In this document: positions 16,301-23,634 of the stretch, in pieces
Layout of the letters: each line of letters begins with the position of its first letter
Numbering within the stretch: position 1 is the stretch's first letter
Origin: Thermocrinis sp.
GTDB lineage: Bacteria; Aquificota; Aquificia; Aquificales; Aquificaceae
Assembly (NCBI GenBank): GCA_020833645.1
Contig: JAJHRQ010000009.1
Span: 313-32,312 of the forward strand
Reading direction: 5' to 3'
Length of the DNA stretch: 32,000 nucleotides
Position numbers and translations under genes: made by a program
The notes under the pieces: generated by a model
Told to the model about the DNA's origin: nothing
Seen by the model: the letters and a program-made list of their open reading frames with translations, nothing else
The model's database searches: none

Positions 16301-16596
16301 GATGGCACCTCCTTTAAGGATTCTTGGGTTTGGGTTTGGGACTGATTGATTGATTGGTTTAATTGATTGGTTAATTGGCTTTCATAGTGTTTAAGAACAA
16401 CATCATAAACGGAATGCCAGTAATAGCTGTCCTCCTTACCCTTAGACCAGTCTATAGGGAAAGGAAGCCTTTCCACCTCATCCAGAAAGGCAAGAACAAC
16501 CTTTTTAATGTGGGCTTTATCATCTTTGAAGAGGGAAAGGAAGGCATAAGGCGAAGAGTAGTATTTGAAGAAGTCCTTAATCTTTTTCTTTGCCAT
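16297..16596 (-). CDS. Hypothetical soluble protein with a Q/N/S/T-rich tail
   Basis: The ATG at 16596 is preceded by the SD AGGTGG. The 99-aa product has no TM segment. The tracked GTG at 16605 is the less likely start. Confidence 0.5.
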   Translation of the reverse strand: MAKKKIKDFFKYYSSPYAFLSLFKDDKAHIKKVVLAFLDEVERLPFPIDWSKGKEDSYYWHSVYDVVLKHYESQLTNQLNQSINQSQTQTQESLKEVPS

Positions 16597-16606
16597 GGTT
16601 TCCACC

Positions 16607-16738
16607 TCATAGCTTTTTTAAAATCCATATAGGAATGGTAAGCACCCAGATAAAGAAGAAAACACCGGTAAAGAAGGGCACGGTTCCAGTGAAAGCAGTA
16701 GAGAAGGCGGAAACTATCTGAGCCACTATATCATCCAT
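16607..16738 (-). CDS. Untracked 43-aa hydrophobic ORF (pVII/pIX-like candidate)
   Basis: My own translation is MDDIVAQIVSAFSTAFTGTVPFFTGVFFFIWVLTIPIWILKKL. Its ATG shares the A of the upstream TGA (TGATG). It lies between the ssDNA-binding candidate and the coat gene, as gVII/gIX do in Ff. Confidence 0.5.
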   Translation of the reverse strand: MDDIVAQIVSAFSTAFTGTVPFFTGVFFFIWVLTIPIWILKKL

Positions 16739-17055
16739 CACTTAGCCCCTTTCTTATCATCCATCACGGGAATAGGAGAAGAAAAGTCCTCAAAGACAGA
16801 AAAGCCACCCACCGATGGGAAGGTATCACCCAAAGAAATGGTCAAGCCTGAGATAGGGACATCAATAACCACTCCAGGAGCTATTGGGAGATTAACGGGA
16901 GCAGAGACAACAAGGTATAGCGGGAAATCAGGCTTTTCATTCCTTAGCCTACCGTAAAGCTGATAGATGGCACCCTGACGGCCATTCTTTTCCCAAGTTC
17001 TCCTTTTCTCCACAAGGAGAACCTGAAGCTTAAGAGGAGAACCAAAGCTTTCCAT
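16738..17055 (-). CDS. ssDNA-binding protein (gpV-like) candidate
   Basis: The ATG at 17055 is preceded by the SD AGGGGGTG. The product is 105 aa, sits directly after Rep, and has a beta-rich pattern reminiscent of Ff gpV (GRQGAIYQLYGRL...FPLYLVV...APGVVIDV). Confidence 0.45.
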   Translation of the reverse strand: MESFGSPLKLQVLLVEKRRTWEKNGRQGAIYQLYGRLRNEKPDFPLYLVVSAPVNLPIAPGVVIDVPISGLTISLGDTFPSVGGFSVFEDFSSPIPVMDDKKGAK

Positions 17056-17217
17056 ATTGCACCCCCTTTTTAGGGATTTCATTATTCAATGTAAGGGATG
17101 GGAAAAAGGGAAAGAAAAAACCAAGCCTTTTAAGTTTAAAGATAGCTGGAGAATAGGCAAAAGTTAGGAAAAAGGAGAGGGTTAAAGTGGAAAGTGTTTT
17201 TAACTTAATGCTAAGGT

Positions 17218-18165
17218 TTAGGAATACATATTCCTAAAGACCTTGGACAGGGAGAAGAGTAATCCGTCCTTCTCTAAGGCACCGCAATCATAAAAGCACC
17301 TGTAAAACTCACTAAAGGCTATGCCCAGAGGCTTGTAATAAGCCCTGTAAAGGGTGGAGATAGGGACAAAGCCATAGAGGGAAGCTTGGGAAGTCTGAAG
17401 GGCAACCCTCTTTAAAAGCCTTGACATGAAGAAAAGGCGAACCCTGAAATACCACATAAGGAGGGTAGAAAGGCGAACCCGAACCTGACCATCCGAGGAA
17501 ATGGAAAAAGACCAATATTTATGGTGGGACTTTACCAGATATTTTAAAAGGTAAGCTTTTATCTTCTCTGTGTCCCTTCCTATAAACTGGACATCCACTC
17601 CTTGGAAGGCTGAGAGGCTTTTTCCTGTCCTTGTATCCTTCCACCACTTATGAATTTGTTCCACCTTGACAAAGGGAAAGGAAACGAGAAGGTGAATGTG
17701 AGGGTAATCATCTTGATGAGGCTCAGGAACGGCAAAATAAAGGAACTGTTCTATTCCATATTTCTTTTTTAGATAGACACGGAAACGGCGGAGGAAGTCC
17801 GAGAGCCAAGTCCCAATATAAGCCCAAGCATCTTGGATAGATATATCCCTACTTAAGGTTAAGGTGATAAGAACCCAGTTAAGCTTTGGGATTTCCAGAT
17901 GCTTTAGCCAAGCGTAATGGTTCCTACGGAAATAACGAAGCTTTGGCATGCTTACGATTGCCTTTCCAGAAGAAGAGAAAACAGGAAGGGAGTTTAGTTT
18001 TTTGAGATACCAAAGGACATATAACTTAGCCAACTCTAAGGCATTATGGGAATTTCTCACATCACGGCCACCTTCCCAGTCCGAGAGGATTTCCAGAAGG
18101 TCAGGGTTTAGTTCATTAATGTTATAGGTGATGTAAGGCACAGGAATAAGATAACACAAGGGCAA
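17218..18165 (-). CDS. Rolling-circle replication initiator (HUH Rep, gpII-like)
   Basis: 315 aa carrying RCR motif 1 VLITLTLS, motif 2 YPHIHLLVSF (HUH) and motif 3 KAYLLKYLVK (YxxxY). The tracked start is TTG with no clear SD, so the N-terminus is uncertain. Confidence 0.75.
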   Translation of the reverse strand: MPLCYLIPVPYITYNINELNPDLLEILSDWEGGRDVRNSHNALELAKLYVLWYLKKLNSLPVFSSSGKAIVSMPKLRYFRRNHYAWLKHLEIPKLNWVLITLTLSRDISIQDAWAYIGTWLSDFLRRFRVYLKKKYGIEQFLYFAVPEPHQDDYPHIHLLVSFPFVKVEQIHKWWKDTRTGKSLSAFQGVDVQFIGRDTEKIKAYLLKYLVKSHHKYWSFSISSDGQVRVRLSTLLMWYFRVRLFFMSRLLKRVALQTSQASLYGFVPISTLYRAYYKPLGIAFSEFYRCFYDCGALEKDGLLFSLSKVFRNMYS

Positions 18166-18303
18166 GAAAAGAAAAAGACAAAGATAGAAGGAAGTAAGGG
18201 ACAGGTTAAGGGATTAAGTCCATAGGGCAGTAAGGGAAAGGAGAAAGTGAAAATATGATTTAGGTCATATTGGGAGGGCTTGACAAAGTCCTATAATGGT
18301 GGT

Positions 18304-18516
18304 ATGCGAGTTAGAGTTTTGATCACTCCCAAGGAGGGACTTTTGGACCCAGAGGGGAGGGCGGTAAAGGAGATCCTTGAGGATAACGGATACAAGGTTA
18401 AGAGTGTAAGGGTAGGCAAGGTGGTTGAGTTGGAGGTGGATGACCCATCCCAAGTTAAGGAGATGGTGGAAAAGTTCCTATACAACCCTCTCATAGAGGA
18501 GTACGTGATAGAATGA
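18304..18516 (+). CDS. purS: Phosphoribosylformylglycinamidine synthase subunit PurS
   Basis: 70 aa from the ATG at 18304 (MRVRVLITPKEGLLDPEGRAV), coupled to purQ. The tracked TTG at 18280 is probably too far upstream. Confidence 0.9.
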   Translation: MRVRVLITPKEGLLDPEGRAVKEILEDNGYKVKSVRVGKVVELEVDDPSQVKEMVEKFLYNPLIEEYVIE

Positions 18517-19196
18517 AGTTTGGTGTTTGTGTTTTTCCGGGTTCCAACTGTGATTACGACACTTACTATGTGCTCAGGGATGTGGTGGGGGCGGAGGTTA
18601 GGTTTCTGGACTTTAGGGAGACCAAGATACAGAACATAGACTGCGTAATTTTGCCCGGTGGCTTTTCCTTTGGAGATTACCTTAGGGCTGGTGCGCTGGC
18701 AAGCAAAACACCCATCGCAAAGGCTATAGTGGATTTTGCCCAAAAGGGTGGCCTTGTGGTGGGGATATGCAACGGCTTTCAAATCCTCACCGAGCTTCAC
18801 CTCCTGCCGGGTGCCCTGCTTAAGAACGAAAATCTAAGGTTTGTTTGCAAGGATGTTTATTTGAGGGTGGAAAGCAGTTCAACACCCTTCACAAAAAAGT
18901 TAGAAAAGGGAGAGGTTATCCGAATGCCCATAGCACACGGAGAGGGAAGGTTTTATGTGCCGGAGGATGAGTTAAAACGGTTGGAAGAGAGGGGACAGAT
19001 TCTCTTTAGATACTGCGAGGAGGACGGCTCTATTACAAAAGAAGCCAACCCGAACGGTTCTGTGGGCAACATTGCGGGCGTTTGCAACGAAACCTTTAAT
19101 GTCTTTGGTTTGATGCCACATCCCGAGAGGGCTTGTGAGGACCTTTTGGGCTATTACGATGGGTTATTGCTTTGGTATTCCTTGATCAGTGCCTGA
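18513..19196 (+). CDS. purQ: Phosphoribosylformylglycinamidine synthase glutaminase subunit PurQ
   Basis: 227 aa with class-I amidotransferase motifs GICNGFQ, HGEGRF and MPHPER. Confidence 0.95.
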   Translation: MKFGVCVFPGSNCDYDTYYVLRDVVGAEVRFLDFRETKIQNIDCVILPGGFSFGDYLRAGALASKTPIAKAIVDFAQKGGLVVGICNGFQILTELHLLPGALLKNENLRFVCKDVYLRVESSSTPFTKKLEKGEVIRMPIAHGEGRFYVPEDELKRLEERGQILFRYCEEDGSITKEANPNGSVGNIAGVCNETFNVFGLMPHPERACEDLLGYYDGLLLWYSLISA

Positions 19197-20703
19197 AGTG
19201 TCTTGTTCCCGTAAATATTAGAGCTAATCCATGCTCGTCGCAGGCGGATATGACCTCCTTGTCCCTTATACTTCCACCGGGTTGAACTATGGCGGTTATA
19301 CCCTCTTGGGCACAGATATCCACGCTGTCCCTGAAGGGCAAGAAGGCCTCCGAAGCCATGACTGCGCCCTTTAGGTCAAAGCCGAACCTTTTGGCCTTTG
19401 CGATAGCACACCTCAGACTATCCACCCTTGAGGTGTTGCCCGTGCCTATTCCCAAGGTCTGCCCATTTTTTGCAAGGACCACTGCGTTAGACTTGGCAAA
19501 CTTACACACCTTAAAGGCAAACTCCAAATCCTTTACTTCCCTCTCGGTGGGTGCCCTTTTGCTTACCACCTCCCACCTTTCCCAGTTTGTGGTGTCCTCC
19601 TCCTGCAAAAGATAGCCACCGGAGACCTTTTTTATGTCCCAGTAGTAGGAAAATCCTAAACTACGGATCACCTTAAGGTTCTTTTTGGTGCTTAGAATTT
19701 CAAGGGCTTTTGGCTCATACTCTGGGGCAACCACCACCTCCAAGAACATCTCCGTCAAAAGTTTGGCACATTCCTCATCCACTTTGCAGTTAAAGGCTAC
19801 AATGCCACCAAAGGCAGACTCCGGGTCTGCTTCTTTCGCCTTCAAAAAGGCTTCCGAGGGACTTTCTCCCAAGGCGGTTCCGCAGGGGTTGTTGTGCTTT
19901 ACGATCACGCAGGCGGGCTTTTCAAACTGAAATACAAGCTTTAAGGCGGAGTCCGCGTCCAGGTAGTTGTTAAAGGACATCTCCCTTCCTTGCAGGACCT
20001 CCGAGTTGGCAATTCCAAGGCTTTCCAAAGGATCGCTAAAAAGCCAGCCCCTTTGATGAGGATTTTCTCCATACATTAGACCCTTTACAAGCTTTAAGGG
20101 AATTGCCATGTGTGAAAACATCTCATAAATACCAAACAGGTTTGCCAGGGCGTTGGAAATTAAAGCATCGTAATAGGCTGTCAAAGAAAAGGCTTTTACC
20201 GCCAAGTATTTTCTGTCTTCCAAGGTAAGGCTTTTTTCTCTGAGTTTTTGGGCAACCCAGCGATAATCTGCAGGGTCGCAGACCACCAAGACCCTGTAAA
20301 AGTTCTTGGCGCTTGCCCTTATTAAGGCGGGGCCACCAATATCCACAAACTCCATGAGTTCCCTTTCTTCTAAGCCTTCTCTGAGCTTTTCCTCAAAGGG
20401 ATAAAGATTTACCACCACCACATCTATGGGCTCTATACCAAGCTCCTTAGCCTGTCTTTTATCCTCTTCCACCCAATCCCTCATGAGTATTCCACCGTGA
20501 ATGAAAGGATGCAAAGTCTTTACCCTCCCACCGAATATTTCGGGAAAGTTTGTGATCTGCTCTATCTCCTTTACCTTTAACCCTCTTTCCGTGAGGTATT
20601 TGGCTGTGCTTGAAGAGGATACGATTTCATAGCCAAGCTCCTGTAAAGTCTTTGCCAGCTCCTCTACACCCTCTTTGTAATAGACGGAGATTAGGGCTCT
20701 CAT
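19186..20703 (-). CDS. purH: Bifunctional AICAR transformylase / IMP cyclohydrolase
   Basis: 505 aa with an N-terminal MGS-like domain (ALISVYYKEG...GGRVKTLHP) and a C-terminal AICARFT domain. Confidence 0.95.
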   Translation of the reverse strand: MRALISVYYKEGVEELAKTLQELGYEIVSSSSTAKYLTERGLKVKEIEQITNFPEIFGGRVKTLHPFIHGGILMRDWVEEDKRQAKELGIEPIDVVVVNLYPFEEKLREGLEERELMEFVDIGGPALIRASAKNFYRVLVVCDPADYRWVAQKLREKSLTLEDRKYLAVKAFSLTAYYDALISNALANLFGIYEMFSHMAIPLKLVKGLMYGENPHQRGWLFSDPLESLGIANSEVLQGREMSFNNYLDADSALKLVFQFEKPACVIVKHNNPCGTALGESPSEAFLKAKEADPESAFGGIVAFNCKVDEECAKLLTEMFLEVVVAPEYEPKALEILSTKKNLKVIRSLGFSYYWDIKKVSGGYLLQEEDTTNWERWEVVSKRAPTEREVKDLEFAFKVCKFAKSNAVVLAKNGQTLGIGTGNTSRVDSLRCAIAKAKRFGFDLKGAVMASEAFLPFRDSVDICAQEGITAIVQPGGSIRDKEVISACDEHGLALIFTGTRHFRH

Positions 20704-20714
20704 GGAGTGTTTTA

Positions 20715-22070
20715 TTATACCTCTATCCCATAGAGCTTTATCTTTCTGTAAAGGTTGGAAAGGTCTATGCCTATCACCTCTGCCACCTTTTTTACGTCTC
20801 CGTTGTATTCCCTGAGCTTTTTCTGTATAAAGAGTTTTTCAAATTTCTGCTTTGCGGTTCTCAAGTCCTTCTCCTCAAAGAGTTCTCCCAGGTCTTCTTG
20901 ATATGTTATACCCAAAAATCTCTCCACGTCTACCTTTGAGACCTCTTCTCCCTCGTGAAGTATGCATAGCCTTTCTATAAAGTTTTTGAGTTCCCTCACA
21001 TTTCCTTTCCATTGGTGGGATTTCAAAAGTTTTAGGCTCTCTTCTGTGAAGTACTTTTTGCAGTGGTATTTTTTCAAAAAAAATTCTACCAAGAGGGGAA
21101 TGTCCTCCTTTCTTTCCCTCAAGGGTGGGACCTCTATGACCACACCCGCGATGCGGTGGTATAGGTCCTCCCTGAAGCTTCCTTCCTCTACCATAGCCTT
21201 TAGGTCCTTGTTGGAGGCGCTTATGAGCCGAAAGTTGGAGGTTATTACTTGGTTTCCACCTAGCCGGCTGAACTGTTTGGTCTCTAAAACCCTAAGTAGC
21301 TTTGCCTGTGCCTTTGGGCTGAGGTCTCCGATCTCGTCCAAAAATAGGGTGCCCTCGTGGGCAAGCTCCAACTTTCCTTCCTTCCTTGAATGGGCTGAAG
21401 TAAAAGCACCCTTTTCGTAGCCAAAGAGCTCCGCCTCAAAGAGCTCATCGGAAAGGTTGGCACAGTTCAAGTCAACAAAACGCTTCCTACCCGAGAGCCT
21501 GTGTATCTGCCTTGCTACAAGCTCCTTTCCTACCCCGCTCTCTCCGAGGATCAGCACGCTGAGTTCGCTTTTGGCTACCTTTCTTATGAGCTCCTTGACC
21601 GCCATTATTGCCCTGCTGTTTCCCACCATCTCCTCCCCTTCCTCTTCACCAAAGGAGAACTCTAAAGCTTTTTTTAGTGTTAAAAGCAACCTCTCTATAG
21701 AAAAAGGCTTTTCAAGGAAGTCGTAGGCACCTTCCTTTATGGACCTCACCGCATGCTCCGTCTTTCCGTGGGCAGTGATCACGATTATGGGTGAGAGGGG
21801 CAGTTGTTCCCTGAGTTCCTTTATAAAGTCCAAGCCGTTGCCGTCAGGTAGCCAAAGGTCCAAAAGAACTCCATGAAAATACTCCCTCTGAATTAGCTCC
21901 CTGGCTTTTGCTATGCTCTCTGCTATGCTCACCTCGTAGCCTTCCTCCGAAAGGATGGTTCGCAGGGTTTGGCTTACGCTTCTATCATCCTCCACCAAAA
22001 GGAGCTTGCTTTTAGGATTTAAAGTGGTCAAAGCCCTGTGCCTCCAAAGGAGCTCCGTCCAAAAACACAC
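20715..22070 (-). CDS. Sigma-54-dependent response regulator (NtrC family)
   Basis: It has a receiver domain (LLLVEDD), an AAA+ domain (GESGVGKE, GAFTSA, LFLDEIGDL) and a C-terminal Fis-type HTH. The more likely start is the TTG at 22031, which has a GGAGG SD 9 nt upstream, rather than the GTG at 22070. Confidence 0.9.
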   Translation of the reverse strand: MCFWTELLWRHRALTTLNPKSKLLLVEDDRSVSQTLRTILSEEGYEVSIAESIAKARELIQREYFHGVLLDLWLPDGNGLDFIKELREQLPLSPIIVITAHGKTEHAVRSIKEGAYDFLEKPFSIERLLLTLKKALEFSFGEEEGEEMVGNSRAIMAVKELIRKVAKSELSVLILGESGVGKELVARQIHRLSGRKRFVDLNCANLSDELFEAELFGYEKGAFTSAHSRKEGKLELAHEGTLFLDEIGDLSPKAQAKLLRVLETKQFSRLGGNQVITSNFRLISASNKDLKAMVEEGSFREDLYHRIAGVVIEVPPLRERKEDIPLLVEFFLKKYHCKKYFTEESLKLLKSHQWKGNVRELKNFIERLCILHEGEEVSKVDVERFLGITYQEDLGELFEEKDLRTAKQKFEKLFIQKKLREYNGDVKKVAEVIGIDLSNLYRKIKLYGIEV

Positions 22071-22935
22071 CCTCTCCCTCCTCCACGGTACCTATTTGGG
22101 TCATGTCCAAAAAAGGGTTTAGCCTGGAGGGAGGGTGTGTAAAAAGCAGTTGATAGTCCTCTCCGCCCCGGAGGGCATAGCTGTATGGGTCTTTGCCATG
22201 CCTTTTGGCATACTCCAAAAGCTCCCTTGAAAGTGGCAGTTTTTCCTTCTGTATAGAAAACCTTAAACCGCTTCTCTTTGCCATATGCTGGATGTCCGAA
22301 GAGAGCCCATCGCTTATGTCCATGCTGGCGTTGGCATACTTGGAAATGTGTGCGACGTAATCTATCCTTGCGGTAGGTCTTAGATGTCTTTCTATAAGCC
22401 TGAGCTCGAAGTCTTCGTAGTGTTTCTTTTCCATCAAAATTAGCTCTAAGCCCGCAAGGGAGTCCCCCAAGGTACCACTTACAAAGATGCCATCCCCCAC
22501 CTTGGCACCACCCCTTCCCACAAACCTTTCCGCCAAGCCTACCCCAAAAAAGTCTATGCCAAGGCGTTCCGATTTGACCACATTGCCACCCACGAGCTTT
22601 ACACCATAAAACTCACAAGCCCTTGTGATACCCTCATAAAGCTCATCCACCTTTTTTAACTCCACGTCGGGCAATAGAAGGGTAACCAGCAAATAAAGAG
22701 GCTTTCCACCGTTGGCTATGAGGTCGCTCACGCAGGCACTTACCCCCTTCCAACCCACCGCAGACATGGGATAAGAGCCTAAAAAGTGCCTTCCCTCCAA
22801 GAGGGTATCACAGGTCAAAAGCAAGAGGCTCTCCCCCACCTTCACACAGGCGGTATCATCTCCCACCTCTTCAAGGGAAAACCGACTTTTCAGATACTCT
22901 ATGAGCCCAAACTCACCAAGTTGGGAGACCTTCAT
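22012..22935 (-). CDS. thiL: Thiamine-monophosphate kinase
   Basis: 307 aa with the AIR-synthase-related fold and ThiL-type N-terminus (LGEFGLIEYLK...VGDDTA). Confidence 0.85.
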   Translation of the reverse strand: MKVSQLGEFGLIEYLKSRFSLEEVGDDTACVKVGESLLLLTCDTLLEGRHFLGSYPMSAVGWKGVSACVSDLIANGGKPLYLLVTLLLPDVELKKVDELYEGITRACEFYGVKLVGGNVVKSERLGIDFFGVGLAERFVGRGGAKVGDGIFVSGTLGDSLAGLELILMEKKHYEDFELRLIERHLRPTARIDYVAHISKYANASMDISDGLSSDIQHMAKRSGLRFSIQKEKLPLSRELLEYAKRHGKDPYSYALRGGEDYQLLFTHPPSRLNPFLDMTQIGTVEEGEGVFLDGAPLEAQGFDHFKS

Positions 22936-23174
22936 TCTGTGAATATCTGCCCCTCTATGGGTTGAACTATCACCCCTTTCTCTTCCAAGAACTTTATTGC
23001 CCTGTCTATTTCCTCTGCTTCTCCGTCAATTTCAACGGTTAGAATGCCCGTATCCTTTGACACCTTTACAGTCCTTATGTTTACCACCACATCAAAGTTC
23101 TTACACATGGCACAGAGCAAGGGCTCCTTTACCTTGTCTTCCGGATAGATAAGCTGAACCCTGATAAAGTTCAT
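22932..23174 (-). CDS. NIL/ACT-like small domain protein
   Basis: 80 aa with a ferredoxin-like beta-alpha-beta pattern, coupled to thiL. Confidence 0.55.
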   Translation of the reverse strand: MNFIRVQLIYPEDKVKEPLLCAMCKNFDVVVNIRTVKVSKDTGILTVEIDGEAEEIDRAIKFLEEKGVIVQPIEGQIFTE

Positions 23175-23181
23175 AAGAAGA

Positions 23182-23634
23182 TTATAACCTCTCCGCCTGA
23201 AGTTTATAACCGCCCTCCATCCAGCCTTCTGGGTAATACCAATCCCTAAAGTAGGTGTAGCCCAAACTTTTTAGCTTTTTACCGAGCCTGGTCTCTTGGG
23301 GTGGAATGTCACTTTTTAACTCTTTGGTAGTCTGTGGGTCGTTGTAGTACTCCACAAAGAGCCTTCTAAAGCATCTGCTGAAGAGCTCCAAAAGTAGGTC
23401 TTCCGCCTCTGTGCCAAAAAATCCCTCCTCTATGTTAAAAAGCTCCACCCACTCTTTGTAGTAAGGCTTCCTTCCGTAAAAGACTTTGGCAAAGAGCAGT
23501 CTCTTTCCGTTCAGGTGGATGGTGTAGTTCTCTTCCTCCAAAAAGCGCCCCTGACTTACTTTGGCCAAATGAAGTCTGCCCTGCCTAAGGTATATACCTT
23601 CCAAAAGCCTCCGCTTTAGTTCTTCAAAGCACAT
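23182..23634 (-). CDS. Hypothetical protein
   Basis: 150-aa ORF overlapping the hisS stop. I recognise no family. Confidence 0.5.
   Translation of the reverse strand: MCFEELKRRLLEGIYLRQGRLHLAKVSQGRFLEEENYTIHLNGKRLLFAKVFYGRKPYYKEWVELFNIEEGFFGTEAEDLLLELFSRCFRRLFVEYYNDPQTTKELKSDIPPQETRLGKKLKSLGYTYFRDWYYPEGWMEGGYKLQAERL

Larger units (their letters stand above)
8855..18291 (-). mobile_element. Integrated filamentous-phage-like (inovirus-like) prophage, ends approximate
   Basis: The gene order parallels the Ff order gII-gV-gVII/IX-gVIII-gIII-gVI-gI-IG. The genes have overlapping stops and starts. The coding strand is pyrimidine-rich, opposite to the flanking host genes. The element is flanked by unusually long non-coding junctions at 8839-9086 and 18166-18303. 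Confidence 0.8.

Noticed and set aside
18274-18297. TTGACA and TATAAT hexamers just upstream of purS as a promoter
   Set aside because: The two hexamers are separated by only 6 bp, and the TATAAT lies 6 nt from the ATG. This is not a functional -35/-10 pair as spaced.
18291-18800. 169-aa minus-strand ORF antisense to purS and purQ
   Set aside because: It overlaps two clearly identifiable purine-biosynthesis genes.
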